Source: an uncultured Gammaproteobacteria bacterium
GTDB taxonomy: Bacteria; Patescibacteriota; Microgenomatia; Daviesbacterales; UBA10151
Direction of reading: 5' to 3'
NCBI GenBank assembly: GCA_964489875.1
Contig: CAZAZW010000003.1
Location: 13,585 to 77,584, forward strand
DNA: 64,000 nucleotides
The position numbers were made by a program, and so were the translations under genes. The notes beneath the pieces were generated by a model. It was given only the letters and a program-made list of their open reading frames with translations. It searched no databases and was not told where the DNA came from. Positions 38,655 to 49,374 of this stretch are shown here, piece by piece (position 1 is the stretch's first letter; each line of letters starts with the position of its first letter).

Positions 38655-39124
38655 TGTTGGTTAGAGACACAATAGATATTACTGGGATTTTCACCAATTT
38701 CCAGCAGTGCGCAAACTTGAAAATTTGTGGTGTCGGCAGGAGGCGGCTGTACCCCTGTACCTGTAATTGGATTATTTAATGGTTCTGTAGTTGTCGGGCA
38801 TTGTGAAGTTACCGCCCATTCGCTTGGTTTACTAGGAAAAATAAAGTCCGTTCTGGAAATGATACAGTATTCAGCGATTCTGTTAGAAGGATCCGTAGGG
38901 ACCGATCCTTGGGCGAATTGACTATTTGCCAGCGGCTGGTAAGTAGTCGGCCCTTTATTAACCTCCAGCGCCTTTAAAATGGCATCAATATCACCCCTTC
39001 TTCTGCCGTCACGGGTCCTGGCTTGAACACTGTTATACGTACTAAAAGCCACCAGGGATAAAATCCCGATAATGGCAACCACTACCATTAACTCAATTAG
39101 TGTGAAGCCTCTATTCTTTTTCAT
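38651..39124 (-). CDS. Type IV pilin
   Basis: MKKNRG followed by FTLIELMVVVAIIGIL. The start is taken at ATG 39124, 1 nt after the upstream stop codon (39126-39128). Confidence 0.85.
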   Translation of the reverse strand: MKKNRGFTLIELMVVVAIIGILSLVAFSTYNSVQARTRDGRRRGDIDAILKALEVNKGPTTYQPLANSQFAQGSVPTDPSNRIAEYCIISRTDFIFPSKPSEWAVTSQCPTTTEPLNNPITGTGVQPPPADTTNFQVCALLEIGENPSNIYCVSNQQ

Positions 39125-39125
39125 T

Positions 39126-39683
39126 TTAACGGATTGTGTTTGACTTACAATATACTGTATTGCTTCTTTCAAGTACTGCACAGACTTTCCAACCCATAAT
39201 GTCAATATCTGTTAAATCATTCCCAGGACCTGTCCTTGTTAGTACAGTATTATTTGGAGCACTACCACCGACAGCGCCAATTATGCTCCATTGAACCGGA
39301 ACACTAGGACAAACGGCACCGGCAGCCCAGATTGGAGGATCCGAGCTGGAAGCTCCGTTCGGCGGGGTAGAAGTTGTACTAACCGCATAACAATACCTGC
39401 GATCTCCCGGATCAGCTAAACCAGCAGGATAATCCCTGGCCATAAGACTATTAGCCCCACCGGTGTAGCGATAAGACCCTGTCAAAGGATCCCTGGTTGA
39501 TTCAATATTCTTGGCTAATGAGTCAATTTCTGCTACTCTCCTGGAATCCCTGGCAGAACCCTGGGCACCGGAGAAAATGCCTAAAGCCACAACTGCTAGG
39601 ATACCGATAATGGCAATCACTACCATTAACTCAACTAAAGTGAATCCTGAAGTATCTTTAAAAATGGGCAGGAATTTTTTCAT
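39126..39683 (-). CDS. Type IV pilin, paralog A
   Basis: MKKFLPIFKDTSG followed by FTLVELMVVIAIIGILAVVALGIF. The C-terminus is VCAVLERSNTVYCKSN. Confidence 0.85.
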   Translation of the reverse strand: MKKFLPIFKDTSGFTLVELMVVIAIIGILAVVALGIFSGAQGSARDSRRVAEIDSLAKNIESTRDPLTGSYRYTGGANSLMARDYPAGLADPGDRRYCYAVSTTSTPPNGASSSDPPIWAAGAVCPSVPVQWSIIGAVGGSAPNNTVLTRTGPGNDLTDIDIMGWKVCAVLERSNTVYCKSNTIR

Positions 39684-39774
39684 AAGTGCTAACTATTTAA
39701 TAGTTACATAACTAAAAAAGCCTGTCAATGTATGAGAGTAAAATAAAAGATTTGAGAGTTACTGAATTCAGCGA

Positions 39775-40329
39775 TTACTGAATAACATTTGTCCTGCAGA
39801 ATACCGTGTTGCTTCTCTCAAGAGTAGCACAAACTCTCCAAGCTCTTGTAGCAGTACCACCAGTGTTCCCATCAGCTACATCATTATTGTTGCCCGCAGT
39901 TGTTCCTACAGTAGAGTTTGGAGTCCCAGCGACACCGCCAATAGCGGGATAATTAGTAGGACATGCGCCAGTACCAGTATTCCAAGGGGTCGGGACAGCT
40001 GGAAGATTAGCATTAGTGGTTGCTGCTGCCTGACAATATGAAATTGCCGGGGTTGTACCACCCGGGTCAGCTAAACCATTAGGGTAATCTCTAAGCATGA
40101 TAGCACTTGTATATTGATAATTTCCTGTTCCTGGATCCCTGGTTGATTCAATATTCTTGGCTAATGAGTCAATTTCTGCTACTCTCCTGGAATCCCTGGC
40201 AGAACCCTGGGCTCCGGAGAAAATACCTAAGGCCACAACTGCCAAAATTCCAATAATGGCAATCACTACCATTAACTCAATCAGGGTAAAGCCGGAGGTA
40301 TTTTTAAAAATGGGCAGTGATTTTTTCAT
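39775..40329 (-). CDS. Type IV pilin, paralog B
   Basis: MKKSLPIFKNTSG followed by FTLIELMVVIAIIGILAVVALGIF. The C-terminus is VCATLERSNTVFCRTN. The start is taken at ATG 40329. Confidence 0.85.
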   Translation of the reverse strand: MKKSLPIFKNTSGFTLIELMVVIAIIGILAVVALGIFSGAQGSARDSRRVAEIDSLAKNIESTRDPGTGNYQYTSAIMLRDYPNGLADPGGTTPAISYCQAAATTNANLPAVPTPWNTGTGACPTNYPAIGGVAGTPNSTVGTTAGNNNDVADGNTGGTATRAWRVCATLERSNTVFCRTNVIQ

Positions 40330-40421
40330 TGAATTTTGTTGACTGTTTCTATTATTTGCATAACCAAAAATAGTTGTCAATACCCCAATTCAGCCTCGGT
40401 TTTGTCAGTTTTTTAAAAGAT

Positions 40422-41330
40422 TTATCTACCTAGTCTCAAATACCAATCAATAATTTCCCGACCCCAAAAAAGCATGATTAAACTTCCCAACACTAAAAAG
40501 GGTCCAAAAGGGATAGTTTGACCAAAATGCTTTTTACCAACAGCAATAAGTCCTACTGAAAATATAGCACCTGTTAAAAATGATAAGACTAAAGCAAATA
40601 GCGCTTGCGGAAATCCCAGCATTATCCCTATAAATGCCCCCAGCTTAACATCCCCTCCGCCCATCCCTTTTCCACGGGTTATAATTATTAAACCCATAAA
40701 AAACCCACCTATTATTAAGGCTGTTAATATTGAACCAAAAAGGGGCTGGGCAGCTGCCAAAGCATGCCTTTGAAAATAATCACTTTGTGGAGGAAGAAGT
40801 TTTTGACCTACAAGAGTTTGAGATAAGGAGTAGTAAAGATATCCTATCTTATATAAAGTAATTGCCAATAGGAAAGAGGCCCCAATCCAAATAGCCGGAA
40901 TCACCACTCTATCCGGAATAAACATCTTTTTTAGGTCTGTCAAAAAAAGTATAGCCAAAACTGTTATGAAGAAAAGTTTATAAACAAGATCCGATAAAAG
41001 AATTGATAACTGAAAAACAGATTGCCACGTCGCTTCGCTCCTCGCAATGACAGCCGAGGTCTGCCAAAATAAAAACCCTATTAACACTCCCATTCCCACT
41101 TCCACTAATAGATATCCGATACCGATCTTCTTGTGGCAATATCTGCACTTTCCCCGAAGTATCAAAAAAGAGAAAATAGGGAAAAGGTCGTACCATGCCA
41201 GCTTGTGCCGGCATTTTGGACAGTACGACCTTCCCCAAAAAGATTTCTTACCTAAACTTCGGTCAGCGAGCGCCTTAACCAAGCTTCCCAAAACCATACC
41301 AATTAAAAACCCCGCTGACCCCCAAATCAT
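40422..41330 (-). CDS. pilD: Prepilin peptidase / N-methyltransferase
   Basis: CPKCRHKL..CRYCHKKI zinc motif, multi-TM body, GGGDVKL. The track start 41342 is GTG; an ATG lies at 41330. Confidence 0.88.
   Translation of the reverse strand: MIWGSAGFLIGMVLGSLVKALADRSLGKKSFWGRSYCPKCRHKLAWYDLFPIFSFLILRGKCRYCHKKIGIGYLLVEVGMGVLIGFLFWQTSAVIARSEATWQSVFQLSILLSDLVYKLFFITVLAILFLTDLKKMFIPDRVVIPAIWIGASFLLAITLYKIGYLYYSLSQTLVGQKLLPPQSDYFQRHALAAAQPLFGSILTALIIGGFFMGLIIITRGKGMGGGDVKLGAFIGIMLGFPQALFALVLSFLTGAIFSVGLIAVGKKHFGQTIPFGPFLVLGSLIMLFWGREIIDWYLRLGR
41019..41051. repeat. 33-bp half-copy of the GTCATTGCGA-type element inside pilD
   Basis: agattgccacgtcgcttcgctcctcgcaatgac. It matches the right half of the murC copy and encodes VIARSEATWQS. 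Confidence 0.7.
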
Positions 41331-41331
41331 A

Positions 41332-41880
41332 TTAATAAGCACAACTTATGCCATCAGGAGAAATCAAAGTTAGATCAGAACCGACCTCATATAGGGCCGG
41401 ATCATCACCACCATCTTTTCCTGCTTTATCAGACTGTTGTTGAGATTCCAAAGCCGTATTAATCTCCCAACCAATACCATCAGAACAATAAGTGTAATGG
41501 TTCGCTGTAGTATTGAGTTGGTCAACAGGCAAAGTTGGAACCGACACACTTTTCTGAGCAGACATATTGACTTTCACCCAACCTGTCCCATCCGAAGCTC
41601 TGACACCCGTACCACCAGCATTACTATTCCCAGGACATGGTACTGTACCACCCACACAAAGAATGTCAGACGCAGAACCGGTTGCTTCTTGGACTGCTAC
41701 ATTAATTGCTTGTTGCAAGTTAGCTAGATCAGAGAGTCTCGCCGCATCCCTACCTCTTCGAGTAAGCTCCAATGGATTAATGATTAAAACAACAACCGCT
41801 GCCAAAATGGCAATAATAGCGATAACTACTAAAAGTTCAACCAGGGTAAAACCCATTCGAACTTGAGCAGATTTTTTCAA
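41332..41880 (-). CDS. Type IV pilin (candidate major pilin), TTG start
   Basis: (TTG)KKSAQVRMG followed by FTLVELLVVIAIIAIL. GGGGGTGAGGA lies just upstream of the TTG. Confidence 0.8.
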   Translation of the reverse strand: MKKSAQVRMGFTLVELLVVIAIIAILAAVVVLIINPLELTRRGRDAARLSDLANLQQAINVAVQEATGSASDILCVGGTVPCPGNSNAGGTGVRASDGTGWVKVNMSAQKSVSVPTLPVDQLNTTANHYTYCSDGIGWEINTALESQQQSDKAGKDGGDDPALYEVGSDLTLISPDGISCAY

Positions 41881-41941
41881 AATTCCTCACCCCCTTTTTT
41901 CCATTGTAGACATAACCTTAAACTATTAGTCAAGAGGTCAG

Positions 41942-43141
41942 TTAAAAACTGGTTGTCAGTTGATATATCGGCATAATGATTGAAAATACCAAAAATGCCA
42001 CTCCTACCCCTAGAATAATTAAAATTATCGGCTCAATCGCTACTGTCAGGTTTTTTACCATATGATCCGATTCCGATTCAAAATATTCGGCAAGTTTAAA
42101 AAATATCTCATCCACCTTACCTGTCTCTTCGCCAACTCTAACCATTTGACTAACAATCTTAGGAAAAATATTAGCGGTTAGAAGAGAGGAAAACGGCAGA
42201 CCTTTTTCAACACCTTTGTAAGCATCTTTAAGGGCATTTTTAAATACCGGATTATCCGTTAAATCAGAAACGATTCCAATTGAATCAAGCAAGGGGATAC
42301 CCGCAGAAGTTAAAAGCCCAAAAGTACGGTTAAAATTAGTTAAAGTTACGTTGACTATGATTTTCCCTACAATCGGAAGTTTTAAAAGAAATTTGCCGAA
42401 TAAAAGATTCCCCTCAGGTGTCTTCTTCCACCTATTAATACCTATGATGATACCCACTATAATAATTATTCCAAGCCACCAAAAGTTTATAAACAGATTT
42501 GATGTCACGATCAAAATCCTGGTAGGTAGCGGCAGTTGCATCGTAGATTGAGTATACAAAGTGACAAGCTTAGGGATCACAAAAACCATCATGATAATAA
42601 TGACTGCAATCATCATAGTCACCACCAACACCGGGTAGATCAATGCCCCTCTAATTCTTGCCCTAAATTCCCGGTCTTTTTCCAATCCGTCAGCCATCTG
42701 CAAAAGCACCGAATCAAGTTTACCGGAAGTCTCACCGGCTTTAACTAGATTAGTATATAGGTGGGGGAAAATATTGGGAAACCTACCTAAAGCTTGAGCC
42801 AGCGTTAAACCTCCCTTTATATTCTGGGAAACTTCCACCAATGCCCGTTTTAAGGTCTTATTAGTTTGTTGCTCTTCTAAGATATCTATCGCTTCCGATA
42901 AGACTAGACCGCTGCTGATCATTGTTGCCAACTGTCTGGTAGTAACAACCAGCTCTGAAAAACTTACCCTGTTTAGAAAATTGCCTAATATTCCACCCAC
43001 AGGGGGATTTTTCGGATTAAGAGAGACAACAATTAAACCTTTCTTACGTATAATTACTACAGCCGAATGAGCATCAGGCGACTGAACGCTACCGGTATGA
43101 TCCTCACCTTGCAAATCTTTTGCTTTGTACAGAAATTCCAT
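41942..43141 (-). CDS. pilC: Type IV pilus platform protein (GspF family)
   Basis: 399 aa with two GspF repeats and three TM segments. Confidence 0.9.
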   Translation of the reverse strand: MEFLYKAKDLQGEDHTGSVQSPDAHSAVVIIRKKGLIVVSLNPKNPPVGGILGNFLNRVSFSELVVTTRQLATMISSGLVLSEAIDILEEQQTNKTLKRALVEVSQNIKGGLTLAQALGRFPNIFPHLYTNLVKAGETSGKLDSVLLQMADGLEKDREFRARIRGALIYPVLVVTMMIAVIIIMMVFVIPKLVTLYTQSTMQLPLPTRILIVTSNLFINFWWLGIIIIVGIIIGINRWKKTPEGNLLFGKFLLKLPIVGKIIVNVTLTNFNRTFGLLTSAGIPLLDSIGIVSDLTDNPVFKNALKDAYKGVEKGLPFSSLLTANIFPKIVSQMVRVGEETGKVDEIFFKLAEYFESESDHMVKNLTVAIEPIILIILGVGVAFLVFSIIMPIYQLTTSF

Positions 43142-43164
43142 AGTTAGTTAATTCGAACTCATGA

Positions 43165-44217
43165 CTACTTCAGTAATCTACTAAGCAGTTCAGGACGCAA
43201 GGCAAACCTTAGTGCTACATCTTGAGAAATTTTTCCTCCTTTAACTAAGTTAGCCAGCGAACGCTCCAGAGACTGCATTCCCAGCTCTGCTGATGTTTCA
43301 ATTGTATTATCTATTAAATATGATTTGCCCTCTCTGATAATGTTGCGGACAGCGGGAGTGGCAAATAATACCTCACTTGCCAATGTCCTGCCGGGATCTA
43401 TTGTCGGTACCAACCGCAGCGATAAAATTGCCTCCAAAGTTGATGCCATCTGAAGCCTGATTTGAGGCTGCTGTATTTCCGGAAAAACATCAATAATTCT
43501 GTCTACGGATTGGGCGGCAGAATTTGTATGCAGGGTGGCAAATACCAAGTGGCCGGTTTCTGCAATAGTCATGGCAGATGAGATAGTCTCTAAATCTCTC
43601 ATTTCTCCGATTAAAACTACATCCGGATCTTCTCGCAGCGCCGAGCGCAGGGCATTTTCCCAAGATTTAGTATCAGAATACATTTCTCGCTGTTCAATTA
43701 ATGATTTACCCGGAGGATAAACATATTCAATCGGATCTTCCACAGTAATAATATGCGCGGCCCGGGTCTTGTTGATTTGATTGATAAACGATGCCAAAGT
43801 AGTGGATTTTCCATGGCCGGTTGGCCCAGTCACTAAAATAAAACCTTGCTTTAGCTCAATTAGTTTATTTACCACAGGTGAGAAACCCAATTCCTCAATA
43901 AATGGGATTCTATAGGGAATAAGTCGCAGTGCAGCCGCGGGATGTCCCTTTTGTCTAAATAAATTAATTCTAAATCTGGCTCTGCCTTCAAATTCAAAAG
44001 AAAAATCAAGCTCAAAAGTTTGTCTGTAAATATTTGACTGCATATCGGAAAGAAGCGGTTTAATCAAGCTCTCAATCTGCTCCGGGGAAGTAGGCTGCTC
44101 TCCTGGTACCGGAATAAGTTCACCATGAATTCTAAGGGTTGGCGGAAATCCAACTGATAAGTGTAAATCTGATGCATTTCTGGTAATAGTTAGATCTAAT
44201 AATTGTTGTACATTCAT
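43165..44217 (-). CDS. pilT: Twitching-motility retraction ATPase
   Basis: 350 aa. ASDLHLSVGFPPTLRIHG and GPTGHGKSTT. Confidence 0.9.
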   Translation of the reverse strand: MNVQQLLDLTITRNASDLHLSVGFPPTLRIHGELIPVPGEQPTSPEQIESLIKPLLSDMQSNIYRQTFELDFSFEFEGRARFRINLFRQKGHPAAALRLIPYRIPFIEELGFSPVVNKLIELKQGFILVTGPTGHGKSTTLASFINQINKTRAAHIITVEDPIEYVYPPGKSLIEQREMYSDTKSWENALRSALREDPDVVLIGEMRDLETISSAMTIAETGHLVFATLHTNSAAQSVDRIIDVFPEIQQPQIRLQMASTLEAILSLRLVPTIDPGRTLASEVLFATPAVRNIIREGKSYLIDNTIETSAELGMQSLERSLANLVKGGKISQDVALRFALRPELLSRLLK

Positions 44218-44218
44218 A

Positions 44219-45937
44219 TCAGTCTTGGGCTACCCTTAGCACCTCCTCCATAGTAGTTACTCCCTCCAGTACCTTTAAATACCCATCCTGCTTCATAGTA
44301 ACCATACCGGAGGCAACAGCTGTCTGCTCAATAGTCCCGGAGGAAGCATGTTCTAATATCAGCTTAGCAATTGGTTCTGAAATAGAAAGCACCTCATAAA
44401 TACCAACTCTTCCCAAATAACCGGTATTTGCGCAGTTTGAACACCCCTTACCCTTAAAAAGTTTTAATGAAGTATAGGCAGAAGAAGGCAAAAACTTTCC
44501 CAAAACGGATTTGATATTTTCAACTACTTCCGGCGAGGCATTAAATTCTATCCTGCAATGAGGGCAAATCTTCCGAACCACCCTTTGCCCGACAACCGCA
44601 TTTAAGGCAGAAGTCAGCAAAAACGGTTCAACACCCATATCCAAAAGACGGGGCGGCGCGCCGGCAGAAGAATTTGTATGAACAGTGGAAAAAACCTGAT
44701 GTCCGGTCAAAGCTGCCTGGATAGCCAAATCCGCAGTCTCGGTGTCTCGGACCTCGCCAACCATAATGATATTAGGGTCTTGCCGAAGGAAACTTCGAAG
44801 GGCCGATGCAAAAGTTAAGCCAACACCGGTATTAACCTGCACCTGATTGACTCCGGGGATCTGATACTCAACCGGATCTTCAATCGTAACTATATTAACC
44901 TTTGTGGTAGAAATCTTCGTCAAGATGGAATAGAGGGTGGTGGTTTTTCCACTGCCTGTCGGGCCACATATCAGAATAATTCCATGAGGCCGCGTAAGTT
45001 GACTCTCCAGATTCTTCAAGGAATTGCCTCTAAGCCCAAGCTCAAGAAGTGAAGGCGCCCCCGTGGATTTAGGTAGCAACCTCATGACCACTTTCTCTCC
45101 AAAAATAGTCGGCACAGTAGAGATACGGAGATCCACAATATTTTGCCCATAGGTAAAAGTAAACCTGCCGTCTTGCGGCAGCCTTTTTTCATCGATTTTT
45201 AGAACCGAGAGAATTTTAATCCTGGAGACCAGCGCATCGTGTACTCCTTTTGGTAAAAGAATTTTTTCCTGCAGAATCCCGTCGATTCGGTATCTTACCC
45301 TGGTCCGTTCTTCCTGAGGCTCGATGTGAATATCAGACGCCCTGGTTTTTATAGCGTATTCCAAAAGCTGATCTATGATATTGGAAACAGGCGCCTCGCG
45401 TAAAATTTCCGGCCCTGCCTGCATATCTTCTTCCGGTTTAACTGCTGCTACCTCTTTTAATGCTGAAGTTACTTCTGAAGTTAGGTTTTGCGAGTACTGA
45501 TCCGAGATGGCCTTTAGAATATCATCTGCCTGGGCCAGAAACGGCTTAACCCGAAGACCTGCCCGCTTTTCCACAAATTGACTGATTTGAATATCCAGAG
45601 GATCTGCCATGGCCACCCAGAGTTCTTCTCCCTTTTTCTCAAATGGAATTATCTTGTAGCGGCGTGCTGCTGCTTCCGGAACCAAGTTTAAAACATCAGT
45701 CGCAATAGCTTTACCCTCGAGCTTAATATAGGGAATGTTTAAAGTTTGTGCTTTTGCTTGGGTTATCTTTTCAATAGGTACTAGACTGCGCTGAAGAAGA
45801 ATCTTCTCAACTGGTTGTCCGGAATTGATGCTTTCCAGTTTAATAGCAGAAAGTTGATCAGCGGTCAGATATTTTTCCCTAAAAAGGATATCTTCCAAAG
45901 ATAGATCCTGTAAGTTTGGGGCAGGAATATTGGGCAT
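44219..45937 (-). CDS. pilB: Type IV pilus assembly ATPase (GspE family)
   Basis: 572 aa. N-terminal GSPII domain, GPTGSGKTTT, and a tetra-Cys motif CPHC..CSNC. Confidence 0.92.
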   Translation of the reverse strand: MPNIPAPNLQDLSLEDILFREKYLTADQLSAIKLESINSGQPVEKILLQRSLVPIEKITQAKAQTLNIPYIKLEGKAIATDVLNLVPEAAARRYKIIPFEKKGEELWVAMADPLDIQISQFVEKRAGLRVKPFLAQADDILKAISDQYSQNLTSEVTSALKEVAAVKPEEDMQAGPEILREAPVSNIIDQLLEYAIKTRASDIHIEPQEERTRVRYRIDGILQEKILLPKGVHDALVSRIKILSVLKIDEKRLPQDGRFTFTYGQNIVDLRISTVPTIFGEKVVMRLLPKSTGAPSLLELGLRGNSLKNLESQLTRPHGIILICGPTGSGKTTTLYSILTKISTTKVNIVTIEDPVEYQIPGVNQVQVNTGVGLTFASALRSFLRQDPNIIMVGEVRDTETADLAIQAALTGHQVFSTVHTNSSAGAPPRLLDMGVEPFLLTSALNAVVGQRVVRKICPHCRIEFNASPEVVENIKSVLGKFLPSSAYTSLKLFKGKGCSNCANTGYLGRVGIYEVLSISEPIAKLILEHASSGTIEQTAVASGMVTMKQDGYLKVLEGVTTMEEVLRVAQD

Positions 45938-45943
45938 ACATTC

Positions 45944-45949
45944 ATTATG
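45944..45949 (-). promoter_or_regulatory. -10 box CATAAT placed 6 nt upstream of the pilB ATG
   Basis: Minus strand reads aaCATAATgaatgtATG. Confidence 0.45.
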
Positions 45950-45950
45950 T

Positions 45951-45956
45951 TAAAAT
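45951..45956 (+). promoter_or_regulatory. -10 box TAAAAT placed 6 nt upstream of the holB ATG
   Basis: gtTAAAATctccctATG. The whole divergent gap is only 25 nt. Confidence 0.45.
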
Positions 45957-45962
45957 CTCCCT

Positions 45963-46597
45963 ATGATTGCAAGGCTTTTAATTTCACCTGATTTGGAAAA
46001 AAGGGTAGAGGAGATCAAAAATATTTTAGCTTCCCACTTGACGAGTGGGAATACGAATCACCCGGATTTGCTATACATCAAAGATGGAGAAAAACTTGGG
46101 ATTGCAGAGGCCAGAAAGATAAAAGAACATTTTTCCTTAAAACCTTACTGCGCCAAAGGCAGGGTGGTAGTTTTAGAAGATGCATCGCCGTTAACCATTG
46201 AGGCTCAAAATGCCCTGTTAAAAACTTTAGAAGAATTACCTGAGGAGGCAACTTTAATCTTAGGAGCTACTTCAGATGCCAATTTTTTGCCTACAATCCT
46301 ATCGCGCTGCCGGGTTATCCATCTGGAAAGCGCAGTTTCTCATCCTAGTTCAAAGACAGACTTCACTCAGGACATCACAAAACTCCTTTCAGCTGATATG
46401 GAAGAAAGGTTTGGGTATATTGAAGGATTGAAAAATAAAGAAGGATTTTTAAAGGCATTGTTATTTTATTTCCATCAGGATGTATATAAAAACAAGGACT
46501 TTTTAGCAAAACTTTTACAAGCAGAAGAGTGGGCCAAACATAATGTCAATATTCGGGCAATTTTGGAATATTTAATGCTGGAAATGCCAAAGAAGAA

Positions 46598-46616
<19 letters not shown>
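45963..46616 (+). CDS. holB: DNA polymerase III delta-prime-like subunit, short form
   Basis: 217 aa. VVVLEDASPLTIEAQNALLKTLEELPEEATLILGA and ILSRCRVI. Confidence 0.75.
46031..46051. repeat. 21-nt hairpin TTCCCACT-TGACG-AGTGGGAA inside holB (the exact reverse complement occurs at 56541..56561)
   Basis: ttcccacttgacgagtgggaa, encoding SHLTSGN. Confidence 0.85.
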
Positions 46617-48758
<2,142 letters not shown>

Positions 48759-48782
48759 AATTACTAATGTTAATTTTCACCT

Positions 48783-49274
48783 ATGGGTGCTCAAGAATCA
48801 GAATTAAGCTTACTGGATAACCCAACAGGTTTCCTTGATTATCTAGGATCCCTAAACTCCCAGGCACCTTTATCAGAAAAACAACTTCAGAAATTAGTGG
48901 CTTTACTTACCAATGAATACCATCGGGCAGATGATTTGCTTAGGCCGGAGAAATTTATTCGGGTAGTCAGGCCTAATGGAAGACCGGGTACGCCCGTCAG
49001 ATCTGTCAAATTTACCCCGGATGTTCAAATTTATGAAGCACTCTCCAACTACGGCACTGTAAAAATAGATGTTCATTACAACCAACAAAAACACTGGATG
49101 ATAAAAGCATCTTTTCTTGGTGGTCCGGAAGACAGAAGGTCATTAACTAATTTTTTTATTAGAGACGAGGCTGCTGCCCGCGAATACTCAGAAGGAAATC
49201 GGAATATAAATCCAAGAGGTTTTGCAGTAACTATCAGCCCGCCCAGTTTACGATCTTTAAATGGTAATTTCTAA
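48783..49274 (+). CDS. Hypothetical protein
   Basis: 163-aa ORF between gyrB and murC. No family recognised. Confidence 0.55.
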   Translation: MGAQESELSLLDNPTGFLDYLGSLNSQAPLSEKQLQKLVALLTNEYHRADDLLRPEKFIRVVRPNGRPGTPVRSVKFTPDVQIYEALSNYGTVKIDVHYNQQKHWMIKASFLGGPEDRRSLTNFFIRDEAAAREYSEGNRNINPRGFAVTISPPSLRSLNGNF

Positions 49275-49358
49275 CTATACCCTTAAAGTAATTAGCCCAC
49301 CTGGAGGGTGGACTAGCTTGGCACCTGTTCTTTTCTCGCATTAACAGATTAGAAATCA

Positions 49359-49364
49359 TATAAT
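49359..49364 (+). promoter_or_regulatory. -10 box TATAAT + GTAGCTT motif, 10 nt upstream of the murC ATG
   Basis: caTATAATgtagcttaatATG. Confidence 0.45.
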
Positions 49365-49374
49365 GTAGCTTAAT

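Noticed and set aside
39126-40380. Diversity-generating retroelement acting on the variable pilin paralogs
   Set aside because: No reverse-transcriptase ORF is present in the window. No template/variable repeat pair with adenine-specific differences is present either. The divergent middle parts are simply unalignable.
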